A stretch of DNA of 64,000 nt from an uncultured Clostridia bacterium (GCA_949482135.1 CASYFC010000010.1:4264-68263); one strand, 5' to 3'. Positions 21,573 through 31,773 are shown, numbered from the stretch's first letter. Notes: generated by a model not told the origin, from the sequence alone. Numbers and translations are program-made.

Positions 21573-22601
21573 TCATAATAGTTCATTTAATTCTAATATT
21601 AATTTTTCTGTTTTTTCCCAACCTAAACAAGGATCTGTAATTGATTTTCCATATATTTTATCTTGTATAGTGCAAGTACCATCTTCAATATAGCTTTCTA
21701 TCATAAGGCCTTTAACAATTTTTTTTATGTCATTTGATTTATTTCTACTATTTAAAACTTCTTTTGAAATTCTAATTTGTTCTTCATATTTTTTACCAGA
21801 ATTAGAATGATTTGTATCTATAATTACAGATGGATGAATTAAACCCTTTTTTACATATTTATCATTTAAAGAAACTAAATCTTCATAGTGATAATTAGGT
21901 AATGCTTTTCCTTGATTATTTACATATCCTCTTAAAATAGCATGAGCATATTCATTTCCAGAAGTTTGAACTTCCCAGCCTCTATAAATAAATTTATGAG
22001 AACTTTGGGCAGCCATAATAGAATTTAGCATTACAGAAATATCTCCACTTGTTGGATTTTTCATACCAGCAGGCATATCAAATCCACTTGCTGTCATTCT
22101 ATGATGTTGATCTTCAACAGATCTTGCTCCTATAGCAATATAAGATAGAATATCTGAAAGATATTCATAATTTTCTGGGTATAACATTTCATCAGCACAA
22201 GTTAAACCTGTTTCTTTTACAACATTAATATGTAATTTTCTTATAGCCTCTAAGCCATTTTTCATATCCTCTTTTCCTAATACATCTGGTTGATGAAGCA
22301 TACCTTTATATCCAGTACCAGTTGTTCTAGGTTTATTTGTATAAACTCTAGGAATAATAAAAATTTTATCTGAAACTTTTTCTTGGATTTTGGCAAGTCT
22401 TTTTATATAATCTAAAACACTTTCTTCACAATCAGCTGAACAAGGACCAATTATTAATAAAAATTTATTTGATTTTCCTGATAGTATATTTTTTATTTCT
22501 AAATCTCTTTTTTCTTTTAAGATTTTCATATTTTCAGTTACAGGATATTTCTTTTTTATTTCTTCTGGTGATGATAATTTTTCAATATAATTTATTCCCA
22601 T
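21573..22601 (-). CDS. aroF: DAHP synthase, class I-alpha
   Basis: IGPCSA, RVYTNKPRTTG.GYKG, GARSVE, MKNPTSG, DTNHSNS, SITDPCLGW; ATG 22601 after GAGGAGG. Confidence 0.95.
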   Translation of the reverse strand: MGINYIEKLSSPEEIKKKYPVTENMKILKEKRDLEIKNILSGKSNKFLLIIGPCSADCEESVLDYIKRLAKIQEKVSDKIFIIPRVYTNKPRTTGTGYKGMLHQPDVLGKEDMKNGLEAIRKLHINVVKETGLTCADEMLYPENYEYLSDILSYIAIGARSVEDQHHRMTASGFDMPAGMKNPTSGDISVMLNSIMAAQSSHKFIYRGWEVQTSGNEYAHAILRGYVNNQGKALPNYHYEDLVSLNDKYVKKGLIHPSVIIDTNHSNSGKKYEEQIRISKEVLNSRNKSNDIKKIVKGLMIESYIEDGTCTIQDKIYGKSITDPCLGWEKTEKLILELNELL

Positions 22602-22621
22602 TTTTTCCTCCTCAAATTTAT

Positions 22622-22658
22622 AAAACAAAAAACCTTACTTAAGCTAATAAGTAAGGTT
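22622..22658 (-). terminator. Attenuator terminator in the aroF leader
   Basis: Minus strand AACCTTACTTA-TTAGCT-TAAGTAAGGTT-TTTTGTTTT just before aroF RBS. Confidence 0.85.
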
Positions 22659-22696
22659 CTAATTTTATTATATTTTTATTTACGTAAAATATAAAA

Positions 22697-22804
22697 TTAT
22701 AACAACTTACTAATAGCTTTTTCCATACAAAAATAAGCATAGAAACCAAAAAAGGCTACGCTGTAAAAGTTATATGAAAATACGCTATTAATTGAGTGTT
22801 TCAT
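22697..22804 (-). CDS. Phe/Tyr-rich leader peptide (35 aa) of aroF attenuator
   Basis: MKHSINSVFSYNFYSVAFFGFYAYFCMEKAISKLL: 6 Phe and 4 Tyr in residues 9-25; AAGGA RBS. Confidence 0.8.
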   Translation of the reverse strand: MKHSINSVFSYNFYSVAFFGFYAYFCMEKAISKLL

Positions 22805-22832
22805 TTTTTCTTTTCCTTTACAATTTTTTACT

Positions 22833-22861
22833 AATATACAATATTTTTTATTTCTTGTCAA
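22833..22861 (-). promoter_or_regulatory. Promoter of leader-aroF transcript
   Basis: TTGACA-17-TATATT on minus strand. Confidence 0.7.
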
Positions 22862-22954
22862 TAAAAAAATTTTTATAGGAAACAATTAGTATTGTATAAG
22901 TTCTTAAAATATTGTATAATAACAAAGTAGCCAAATTTATTATCATATAATTAT

Positions 22955-23308
22955 GGGGGTGTATTTGGTTTCGACAGTATTCTAGAAGGATAAATAGCGA
23001 GTAGTGGAGATGCCTGGCCACTTAAAAAGGCATAAATTAAAAATAAACGCTGATAATAAAGAATTAGCATTCGCTGCCTAATTGTGGCGACGTCTTACTT
23101 TTGAAACCCACGGCTTAAGATAAGGCGACGATTAGTGGGAAACGAAGCTAATAATTGTTTTCGTTATTAGTGGGATATTTTGAAAACTACTTTAAATAAA
23201 CTTTGTTTGTTTGGGATATTTAGAGGAAATTTTAATAACAAACTGCACTCGGAGAAGTTTATTTTGAAGGGATTCTGGACAGGAGTTCGATTCTCCTCAC
23301 CTCCACCA
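22955..23308 (+). ncRNA. ssrA: tmRNA; tag reading frame ADNKELAFAA* at 23049-23081
   Basis: 5' GGGGGTG..TTCGAC; 3' GGAGTTCGATTCTCC-CACCTCCACCA tRNA-like end; promoter at 22892-22920; terminator 23311-23343. Confidence 0.97.
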
Positions 23309-23373
23309 TAAAAGACACAAAACAATAAGTTTTGTGTCTTTTACTATATTTTAGAAAAATAAAAAAATATATA

Positions 23374-23430
23374 TTGACAAAATTGGATTACAATTGTAAA
23401 CTTGTTATATGAAGATTACAGTTGTAATCT
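23374..23430 (+). promoter_or_regulatory. Promoter with two BlaI/MecI/CopY-type operators
   Basis: TTGACA-17-TAAACT overlapping TACAATTGTA (23389-98) and AGATTACAGTTGTAATCT (23413-30), both matching TACA-NN-TGTA. Confidence 0.85.
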
Positions 23431-23466
23431 AGTTTGCTTTATAGTTGAAAATTAAAAGGAGGAAAT

Positions 23467-23844
23467 ATGAAAGATAAATATGATATAACAAATGCAGAAT
23501 TAGAAATAATGCAAATTCTTTGGGATAACGGTGCTTGTGGTTTAACAGAAGTTTTATTAGAACTAGACAAAACTAAAAAAAGAAATAAGAATACAGTAAA
23601 AACACTTATTTATAGATTAGTAGATAAAGGTTCAATAGTTTCTCAAAAGAATAGTATGCAAGATGCTGTATATCTTCCAACAATAAATGAGAGAGATTAT
23701 TTAGCTAAAGCTAATAAATCTTTTCTAAATAATATATATAAGGGAAATATAAAAAAATTATTATTAAATTTTGTGGAAGATGAAACAGTTTCTAAAGAAG
23801 AATTACAAAATTTAGTTAATTTATTAGAGAGTGAGGAAGAATAA
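23467..23844 (+). CDS. BlaI/MecI/CopY family repressor
   Basis: AELEIMQILW, NTVKTLIYRLVDKG, FLNNIYKG..LLLNF. Confidence 0.93.
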   Translation: MKDKYDITNAELEIMQILWDNGACGLTEVLLELDKTKKRNKNTVKTLIYRLVDKGSIVSQKNSMQDAVYLPTINERDYLAKANKSFLNNIYKGNIKKLLLNFVEDETVSKEELQNLVNLLESEEE

Positions 23845-23846
23845 TT

Positions 23847-25889
23847 ATGTTTTTAGAAATGTTGTCCCAAATAGATTTCTTATCGCCAATATTTTATCAA
23901 GTATTGTATATGACAGTAATTGGAAGTATTGTAGGAATTATCGTTTACTGTATAAGAAATATTTTTGATAAGAAAATATCTGGAAAATGGAAATGCATAA
24001 TGTGGTGTATTGTTTTAGCTGTACTTCTAATTCCTGTTAGATTTGAAATAAAAACTAATAAAACATCAATAATAAATAATCAAATTATAAATAGCGCAGA
24101 AGGAATAAAAAATATTGCAAATTATGAAAATATTCAAAATGAATTAAATGAAAAGCAAAATCCAATGCCAATAAAAATAGAAAATGATAATGAAACTTTA
24201 GAAAAAGATATTCCTCAAATTTCAGACTTGGTAAAAGAAATAGATATAAAAACTATATTTGTTAATATAATAATTCCATATATCTGGTTATTAGGTACTT
24301 GTGTTTTTGTAGTAGTATTTTTCAGTGGAATTTTAAAAATAAATAGTAGAATTTCTAAAAACATATATAAAGATGAACGTTTAGAACTTATATTAGAAGA
24401 GTGTAAAAGAGAATTAAATATTAATAAAAAAGTGAAAATAATTTTTCAAAAATATAAAAGAGTTCCTAGTATTTATGGAATATTTAAACCATCAATATTA
24501 ATAACAGAAAAAACATTAGAAGAAGATGATGAGAGTATTAAATATATTTTCTTACACGAATTAGCTCATTATAAGAGAAAAGATACAATATTTAATTTTA
24601 TTTTATTATGTATATTATCAATTCATTGGTTTAACCCAATCATATGGTTTTTATTTAATAAAATTAGACAAGATATAGAAATTGGTGCAGATGAACTTGC
24701 ATCCCAAAAATTAGATAAAAATCAAAAAAAAGAATATGGAATGGTTTTAATAAATTTACTAAAAAGTAGACAAGAAGAGAGTTATACAGCAAATATGCTT
24801 TGTATGTCAGATACAGCTAAAAATATGGAAAGACGTATAGTTATGATGAAAGGAAAAAAGAAAAATGTTATTTTTAGTTTTATATTATTTAGTGTAATTG
24901 CTGTATTTATTGGAAGAGTTGTATTTATTAAGTTTGTATCTAAAGAAAATAGTACATATAAAGAACCAGAAAATGTAAAAATTCAAACTGAAACAAAAAT
25001 GGAAAATGTAAAAACAAAAAATTTAAAAATAACAGGAGGAAGTGGATTTTCAGACGGACTTGCATGGGTCTCATTAGAAAGATTAGAAGGAGTTTATATA
25101 GATAAACAAGGAAACATTATTTCAATACCATATGCAATAGGAATGGATTTTTCTGATGAATTAACATTAATTCACAAAAGCAGTGCTTATGGATTTGCGG
25201 ATAAAAATGGAAATATAGTTGTAGATTATATATATGAAAATGCGTATCCTTTTTCTTCTGGACTTGCTCAAGTAAAAAAAGGTGGAAAATGGGGATATAT
25301 AGATACAAAAGGAAATGTAGTTATAGATTTTACCTTAGAAGAAAGTCAGGTAGATTATTTTTTTGAAGGATTAAAGATAGTATATGATAGTGAAACAAAC
25401 AAATGTGGTTGCATTGATATGGAAGGAAATATAGTTATAGATTATATATATGATAATATGGGATATTTTTCAGAAGGACTATGTTGTGTAGAAAAAGACG
25501 GAAAAATTGGATATATAGATATCCAAGGAAATATTGCAGTAGATTTTAAATTTGTTCCTTTAGATGGAGGAAATTATGGATTTTCAGATGGACTTGCATT
25601 AGTATATGACGGTACAAAAGAAGTTTTTATAGATACTCAAGGAAATGTTGTTTTAATTCCACAATATGTTGTGTGTAGTAATTTTAGCGAAGATTTGTGC
25701 ATAGTTAAAAAAGTTGATGGCGAAGAACATAAATATGGATTTATGGATAAACAAGGAAATATAGTATTAGATTTTCAATATAATGCAGTACATAGTATAT
25801 TTTCAGAAGGTGTAGCTTTAGTAGAAAAAGACGGAAAATGTGCATTTATAGATCATAATGGAAATGAAGTAATAGGAAGTTTTGATTAA
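23847..25889 (+). CDS. BlaR1-like M56 metallopeptidase with C-terminal WG-repeat sensor
   Basis: HELAHYKRKD, HWFNP, ADE; TM segment then ~6 repeats FSxGLA.V....KxGYID.xG. Confidence 0.92.
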   Translation: MFLEMLSQIDFLSPIFYQVLYMTVIGSIVGIIVYCIRNIFDKKISGKWKCIMWCIVLAVLLIPVRFEIKTNKTSIINNQIINSAEGIKNIANYENIQNELNEKQNPMPIKIENDNETLEKDIPQISDLVKEIDIKTIFVNIIIPYIWLLGTCVFVVVFFSGILKINSRISKNIYKDERLELILEECKRELNINKKVKIIFQKYKRVPSIYGIFKPSILITEKTLEEDDESIKYIFLHELAHYKRKDTIFNFILLCILSIHWFNPIIWFLFNKIRQDIEIGADELASQKLDKNQKKEYGMVLINLLKSRQEESYTANMLCMSDTAKNMERRIVMMKGKKKNVIFSFILFSVIAVFIGRVVFIKFVSKENSTYKEPENVKIQTETKMENVKTKNLKITGGSGFSDGLAWVSLERLEGVYIDKQGNIISIPYAIGMDFSDELTLIHKSSAYGFADKNGNIVVDYIYENAYPFSSGLAQVKKGGKWGYIDTKGNVVIDFTLEESQVDYFFEGLKIVYDSETNKCGCIDMEGNIVIDYIYDNMGYFSEGLCCVEKDGKIGYIDIQGNIAVDFKFVPLDGGNYGFSDGLALVYDGTKEVFIDTQGNVVLIPQYVVCSNFSEDLCIVKKVDGEEHKYGFMDKQGNIVLDFQYNAVHSIFSEGVALVEKDGKCAFIDHNGNEVIGSFD

Positions 25890-25902
25890 AATAGGAGTAA
25901 TT

Positions 25903-27015
25903 ATGAAAAAGGTTTTTGAATATTTAAAAAGCAATATACTAATATCAACAATAATTTGTGGAATTTTATGTGCTATGATAAATACTGCTTTAGAGGCAAT
26001 GCACTTAAAATTTTTATATGTTATTTATATGATATCTAGTATAATGTTTATTATTGCAGTTGTTGCTGGAATATATCAACTTTTATTAAAATTAAAAAGA
26101 TTTAAAATAATTCTAATAGTAATAGTTACAATTATATTAAGTGCTATATTGCCAATTGTATATATAATATTGGCTATAAACTATCAGCCAACACATATAG
26201 TAGAAATAAATGGTGAAAAAATGATAGCACAAGTCTATAATACATTTATGGTAAAAGTGGAGTATTATGATTACATAAATGCTTTAATAATTAATAAAAC
26301 ACCAAGAATGATAAAGGATTATGGAGAAGGCTCATATGACCCAGTTGAAGATAATCATGAAGAATATCTAAATGGTATTTATTATTATGATAAAAAAGGT
26401 AATAGAGTTAGTGATTTTTGTGGTACACCATATATGGATTTATCTTATATAAAAAATTACGATTCTAATGAAGCAAGTACAGAAGAGGCAATTAAGTTTT
26501 TAGAAACTATGCTAGAAAAATACAAAAATAATATATCTAAAATAGATTTATATAGAGAAGATGGATTTTTGATATATTTTTCAGAAAATTCAGAAGAAAT
26601 AGCAGACAAAAATGAATTAAAAAGAGTAGAGTATGTTATAAATAAATATATTGAAGAAATTAAGCTAATGGAAAGTGTACGAAATATATCTAAATATAAT
26701 ATTAGTGTAAATGATTATGGAATGATAAGTATTTATCCTGCTACTACACAATCTTCTACAATAATGAATCTTATTGCAATGGATATAACAGAAGATTTTA
26801 TAAATGAACCTAGAGAAATTAAAGGGAAGGTATATTACAAAGAACTTGAGGCAATTCATTTTAGAACTGATGATAATAAATACTTTATAATAAGAACTGA
26901 TGATAGAATAAAATTTATTGATAGCATAACAAATGAAAAATATAATTTTAAAGATATACATGATGGAAATTATATAAGTACTACAATTGATAGAATAATT
27001 TATATAAATGAATAA
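25903..27015 (+). CDS. Hypothetical membrane protein (three N-terminal TMs), third gene of blaI-blaR operon
   Basis: AGGAG RBS before ATG 25903; terminator 27017-27056. Confidence 0.7.
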   Translation: MKKVFEYLKSNILISTIICGILCAMINTALEAMHLKFLYVIYMISSIMFIIAVVAGIYQLLLKLKRFKIILIVIVTIILSAILPIVYIILAINYQPTHIVEINGEKMIAQVYNTFMVKVEYYDYINALIINKTPRMIKDYGEGSYDPVEDNHEEYLNGIYYYDKKGNRVSDFCGTPYMDLSYIKNYDSNEASTEEAIKFLETMLEKYKNNISKIDLYREDGFLIYFSENSEEIADKNELKRVEYVINKYIEEIKLMESVRNISKYNISVNDYGMISIYPATTQSSTIMNLIAMDITEDFINEPREIKGKVYYKELEAIHFRTDDNKYFIIRTDDRIKFIDSITNEKYNFKDIHDGNYISTTIDRIIYINE

Positions 27016-27092
27016 CAAAACCCCGATGAATTAGAAATCTAACTCATCGGGGTTTATTCATAGAAAATTAGCTTTTTCTAGAAAAGTAAATT

Positions 27093-28061
27093 TTAAGAAA
27101 AAATATTTTCAATCCAATCAAAGTCGTGGCAAGATAAAGAAAGAATTTGATTTTTCTTACCAAAGCCAACAAGTGTATCTGGACCAGAATGAAAATCTGT
27201 ACCGCCACCTATTAAAAGTTTATTTTGTTTTGAAAACTTGTATAAATAATCTCTTTGCTCAAAAGTGTGTGCAGAATGAAAAACTTCTATTCCAGCAGTT
27301 TTTGTGGTTTCTAAAACATGGTTTAAGAAATTCAAAACATCAACTTGATTTTCATAGATATACAGGCAAGGATGTGCAACAATTGCAATACCACCATTAG
27401 CAACAGCCATATCAGCAACTTCGCTTACATGAGGTAATTTTTTTGTAGTATCAATATAGAAATCGCTACTAGGGTGAATACAAAACTTTTTGAAAAATAG
27501 CTTTGGAGAAGTATATACAATTGGATGTGTTGCATCAAAAAATGCTTTGTTTTCAGGATATTTACTCAAATCTTTGCATAAGAATTCTGTTGCAAACATT
27601 CCTTCAGGCACTTGTAAATTTTCAGAGTGTTTCAAATTATGTTTGTCACACTGGCGAATTAAAAATTGAAGTTGCTCATCTTGTGGAACCATACCATAAT
27701 CGTACTTATCAATAAATGCTTGTACGTTTTCCGGATGAGGACCATAATAAAGAAGCTCGATTGGAATGTATACACCAGTTTTTTTGTCCAAAACTTTGCA
27801 AGCAATTTCTGAACCTACAAAAACCTTAATAGATTCTAATTCCTCCTTTGAAATAGACTTTAACTCATTGGCACAGCTTAGAATTTTATTGTGGTCTGTA
27901 ATAACAATTCTTTTCAGTTGTGCATTTTTTGCTAATTCAATTACTTGCTTTAATGTGAAAGAACCATCTGAATATGTTGTGTGAATGTGATGATCACATT
28001 CTGTTTGGCATCCTAAGCTCAAAAGTTCATTTACAAGGTTGAGATTTTGATTGAATAGCAT
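27093..28061 (-). CDS. PHP-domain phosphoesterase
   Basis: HIHTTYSDG, ITDHN, VAHP, GIEVFH, GGTDFH. Confidence 0.92.
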   Translation of the reverse strand: MLFNQNLNLVNELLSLGCQTECDHHIHTTYSDGSFTLKQVIELAKNAQLKRIVITDHNKILSCANELKSISKEELESIKVFVGSEIACKVLDKKTGVYIPIELLYYGPHPENVQAFIDKYDYGMVPQDEQLQFLIRQCDKHNLKHSENLQVPEGMFATEFLCKDLSKYPENKAFFDATHPIVYTSPKLFFKKFCIHPSSDFYIDTTKKLPHVSEVADMAVANGGIAIVAHPCLYIYENQVDVLNFLNHVLETTKTAGIEVFHSAHTFEQRDYLYKFSKQNKLLIGGGTDFHSGPDTLVGFGKKNQILSLSCHDFDWIENIFS

Positions 28062-28147
28062 AAAATATTCCCTCCAAATTTTTTACTTGAATCTAAAATG
28101 AGAATACTCATTCTTACAATGGTTAACATAACTGTTTGCCCTTTTAT

Positions 28148-28351
28148 TTAAATAGGGCTTTTCCGTCCGCCGATTCGGTAATCCAGAATATTGGCAGCCA
28201 AAATACTATCGGACTCAGAGCTGGGATATACATCATGCAGGTATCGAAGTACCGTAGAATGACATAGTCCGAAGTACTTAGCTGTCTGCCGAGATGTGGA
28301 CTCGTTCTGGATGAAATAGTTTACAACCTTTTTTGCAAAAGTATAATCCAT
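28148..28351 (-). CDS. SpoIIID-like small HTH protein (divergent paralog)
   Basis: YFIQNESTSRQTAKYFGLCHSTV..IL..N...R.GG resembles SpoIIID; GGAGG RBS. Confidence 0.6.
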   Translation of the reverse strand: MDYTFAKKVVNYFIQNESTSRQTAKYFGLCHSTVLRYLHDVYPSSESDSILAANILDYRIGGRKSPI

Positions 28352-28392
28352 AGCGCTACCTCCAATAAAATATTAAATTTTTTACCAAATAT

Positions 28393-28432
28393 ATTATAAC
28401 ATGTTTACATAAAAAAGTAAACGTGATATAAT
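28393..28432. promoter_or_regulatory. Overlapping divergent promoters
   Basis: Minus TTTACT-17-TATAAT (28421-28393); plus TTTACA-17-TATAAT (28404-28432). Confidence 0.65.
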
Positions 28433-28477
28433 GACAAATATTTTCGTTATACCACAATAATCATGGAGGTACAAAAT

Positions 28478-30580
28478 ATGAATGCTATAATGAATGCTCC
28501 AGAGCTTGAGTGGCTCAAAGGAAATGTAAATGGAACGCCAGATGGCAAAAGTATTGCTGAAATGGAATTTAAGCGTACTAAGTTAAGCTTGGATTTACTT
28601 CAGTGGGTTTTTGATGGAAATTATGAAAAATTTACTGAGTGTCAGTTAGGTAATACAAAGCTTAGTAGAAAAAGTTTTTATGAAATTCAGCAATATACTC
28701 GTAGCACATTGAAAACAGATGCTGATAAATATGCTATGGAAGCATATTTAGTTATTAACGATTTAGGAAAAATTATTTCTTTTGTTGAAGAAGTCGAAAG
28801 CAAATTACATATTCAGTCTATTGACCATGATGAACTTCTGTATGAAGGATTAAAAAGAATGCCTGAATTGTCTCCTACATTTGTATCACTTTCAGATGAT
28901 TACAAGGAAATTATTTTGAAAGGATTAAGTACAAATTTTAATATGGGACAATTTATTCAGTCTGAGAATTTGCCTGCCAATTTGTTGCCATTGCAAGGCA
29001 TTGATATCAAAAGCTTGAATTACTATATGCTTCATGTATTCTATGATATTGCAGGTGCTGCAGGTCATGTGAAAAGCAATGGAAGTATTATTGTTACAGA
29101 TGATTATTGGAAAAGCTTTAAATCAGCTAATAATGAAATCTGTGATATGGTATGTGGAAAGTTAAGTGCACAGGAGGCATATAACGCATACTTATCAAAA
29201 AGAGCAGAAATGGTAAACTTACAACTTGAGGGCAATCAAGATATTGCAATTGTTAAAATATGTAATCTTCTAAGAGTGTATTCCCCTGATGAGGCTGAGC
29301 AAATTAAAAAAAGCTATTGCAATCTTCCAGTACAGGTTAGAGAAATGTTAACAAAAGAACTATCTAAAGATGGGATTACAGAAAATGGAATCCTTCTTTA
29401 CTATGCTCCTGCTACATTATCTAATGCTGTTAACTATTTCAAAAATAATCGTGATTCAGATGCAATTAATAAGGGAATTGAGATTATTCTTCCAATTTTA
29501 GCCAATATATATGGTTTGGTTAAAGCTAAGATAAATAAAGCAAATAAAGAAGAAAAGGTCTGTACAGTATTTATTGCAGATGTTGCTCAAAAAGCAAAAC
29601 AGCCTTTAGAATTGCCAAATTATAAATTTGATTTTATAGATGTAAATGGGAATTATGATGTTAAATGCGATATTTTGGAGAAAATTAATCTTCCTACTAT
29701 TCAAAAGCCAATTATTACTGGAAGTAATGTACTGGTGATTGCGTTAGGTGGTGGTTCAGACTGTATTCAAGCAACGATGCTTGGGAAATTTGTACTTAAA
29801 GGTTGCAGAAATGTGATTTCTATCCGTACATACAAAACATCTTCCCAGAACGAGAATGGAGAAATGGATAAAGAAAGAAAAATTTATAATCCTAAAGAAG
29901 TTCTTTCTGATGGAGTATATCTTTGTGATATTAATACCAGTGCAGAAGGAAGATTTTTTGAAAATATGCCATCTCAAATAGGAATGAATTCGTATCTGAT
30001 TATTGATAATGAAGATGGAACATTATTTTCTAAAATACAAAGTGTTATTCAACATATTGAGATAAATTCTGGTGATGTTATTGATACTATTTTGGGTGTT
30101 GATACAGGTGGAGATTGTTTGTATCCTATTAAAAAGGATGCTACTAATTCTGAAACTACACCAGACCAGGATAGAATTGGTCTTGAAACAATAATACAGT
30201 TTGAAAAATTTGGATTTAAAGTTTTCAATTCTATTGTTGCTCCTGGAATAGATAGTCCCAATGGCATTACAACTGAAATTTTAACTAAAGCAAATGCTAT
30301 TTCATATCAGTTATCTATGCAGGAGAGAGAAGATATTCTTGAAATGTATTACAAGTGGAATATGACAGGAGATGATATCAAGAGATTTGGTAAGACATCA
30401 CTTATATGGCAGTCAGCTTTGAGAAAACAAAGAGGACTTGTAACAGTCAATATTCCTTTGAAAAATGTTCTTAGCGAAGATAATCCGTGGATTCCGACAG
30501 TTACAATAACAGACATTTCCGAAATGATTATTTTTATGAAAACATCAGATTGCTTGAATGCAATTAGATTGTTTGAATAA
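28478..30580 (+). CDS. Two-domain protein: HD-like N-terminal domain fused to DUF1152-like domain
   Basis: INDLGK..DHD..DIAGAAGH in N half; ALGGGSDC..GVDTGGD..PGID in C half. Confidence 0.6.
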   Translation: MNAIMNAPELEWLKGNVNGTPDGKSIAEMEFKRTKLSLDLLQWVFDGNYEKFTECQLGNTKLSRKSFYEIQQYTRSTLKTDADKYAMEAYLVINDLGKIISFVEEVESKLHIQSIDHDELLYEGLKRMPELSPTFVSLSDDYKEIILKGLSTNFNMGQFIQSENLPANLLPLQGIDIKSLNYYMLHVFYDIAGAAGHVKSNGSIIVTDDYWKSFKSANNEICDMVCGKLSAQEAYNAYLSKRAEMVNLQLEGNQDIAIVKICNLLRVYSPDEAEQIKKSYCNLPVQVREMLTKELSKDGITENGILLYYAPATLSNAVNYFKNNRDSDAINKGIEIILPILANIYGLVKAKINKANKEEKVCTVFIADVAQKAKQPLELPNYKFDFIDVNGNYDVKCDILEKINLPTIQKPIITGSNVLVIALGGGSDCIQATMLGKFVLKGCRNVISIRTYKTSSQNENGEMDKERKIYNPKEVLSDGVYLCDINTSAEGRFFENMPSQIGMNSYLIIDNEDGTLFSKIQSVIQHIEINSGDVIDTILGVDTGGDCLYPIKKDATNSETTPDQDRIGLETIIQFEKFGFKVFNSIVAPGIDSPNGITTEILTKANAISYQLSMQEREDILEMYYKWNMTGDDIKRFGKTSLIWQSALRKQRGLVTVNIPLKNVLSEDNPWIPTVTITDISEMIIFMKTSDCLNAIRLFE

Positions 30581-30694
30581 AGGTGTGCCCCCATTGCTAC
30601 TTGTTAGCAATGGGGGTTACATGCATATTTGAAGAATTTTTTTGGAAAATACTTGAAATAAATTCAACTTTTTAGTATAATTCTAATAGAATAT

Positions 30695-30781
30695 TTAAAA
30701 GGGAGTAACTTGAAAATTACTAATCAACAATCTCGATATTAATCTGGTTAGTAAAACCTTTAAGGTAAGTGAGACTTTTAA
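30695..30781 (+). promoter_or_regulatory. yybP-ykoY (Mn2+) riboswitch
   Basis: TTAAAAG-GGAGTAACT...TCAACAATC...CTGG...AGTGAGA-CTTTTAA with P1 pairing; overlapping terminator 30772-30830; promoter TTGAAA-17-TATAAT at 30653-30681; upstream of a P-type ATPase. Confidence 0.82.
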
Positions 30782-30879
30782 AGAAATAAACTGATTTTAG
30801 CTTATTTCTTTAAGAGTCTTATTTTGTTTAATAGCAATAAATAAGATTTATCTCCAATTAGTTTATGAAAGGAGGATAT

Positions 30880-31773
30880 ATGAATACAGAAATTATTAAT
30901 TTTAAAGCAACAGATGGTTTTGAAAATGATGGATATATAATAAATAGTAATTCAAAAAAAGTTATTATTTCAATTCATGGAATGAGTAGCGATTGCTTTA
31001 AAGAAAGAGATAGATTCATTTCTAGAAAAGCTTTAAAAAATGGATTTGCATATTTTGCATTTAATAATCGTGGAAGTGAACTTGTAAAATATATTAGGAA
31101 AACAATAGATGGAAAACAGATAAAACTTTTGGGTGGAACAACTTATGAAGAACCACTAGAATCATATTATGATATAAAAGGTGCTATTTTAAAAGCAATT
31201 GAGCTTGGATACGAAGAAATTTATTTGCAAGGTCATAGTTTAGGAACAACTAAAATAATTTACACATATAACAAACTAAAAAACGAAAATTCAGAATTGT
31301 TAAAACATATAAAAGGTATTATATTATTATCTCTAGTAGATATACCAAGAACTTTAAAAATATTTTTAAATACAAATTATGATATTATTTTAAAGTATGC
31401 AGAAGAAAAAGAAAGTAAAAATGAATTATTAGATTTGATGCCTAATGGAAGTTTTATTCATCCAATAAGCGTAAAAACATTTTTAAGGTATGCTAAGAAT
31501 AATAAAGAAATAAATTTTGCACAATATAGTAATAAAGAGTATAATTTTGATGAATTAAATAATATAGAAGTTCCACTATTTATGAGATGGGGAAATTCTA
31601 ATGAAATGATAGAACAGGATGCCGAAGTTTTAGTGGAATTATTAAATAGAAAGATAATTAACAAAAATAAAGATATTAATTTTGTTGATGGTGCGGATCA
31701 TGGATATACAGGAAAAGAAGAAGTTTTATCAACAGAAATAATAGATTTTTTAAATAACTTAGCTAAAAAATAA
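30880..31773 (+). CDS. Alpha/beta hydrolase
   Basis: IHG, NNRG, GHSLG nucleophile elbow, ADHGY. Confidence 0.9.
   Translation: MNTEIINFKATDGFENDGYIINSNSKKVIISIHGMSSDCFKERDRFISRKALKNGFAYFAFNNRGSELVKYIRKTIDGKQIKLLGGTTYEEPLESYYDIKGAILKAIELGYEEIYLQGHSLGTTKIIYTYNKLKNENSELLKHIKGIILLSLVDIPRTLKIFLNTNYDIILKYAEEKESKNELLDLMPNGSFIHPISVKTFLRYAKNNKEINFAQYSNKEYNFDELNNIEVPLFMRWGNSNEMIEQDAEVLVELLNRKIINKNKDINFVDGADHGYTGKEEVLSTEIIDFLNNLAKK

Noticed and set aside
22697-22885. 62-aa version of the leader ORF from the track
   Set aside because: Its start lies upstream of the predicted promoter; ATG 22804 has the RBS
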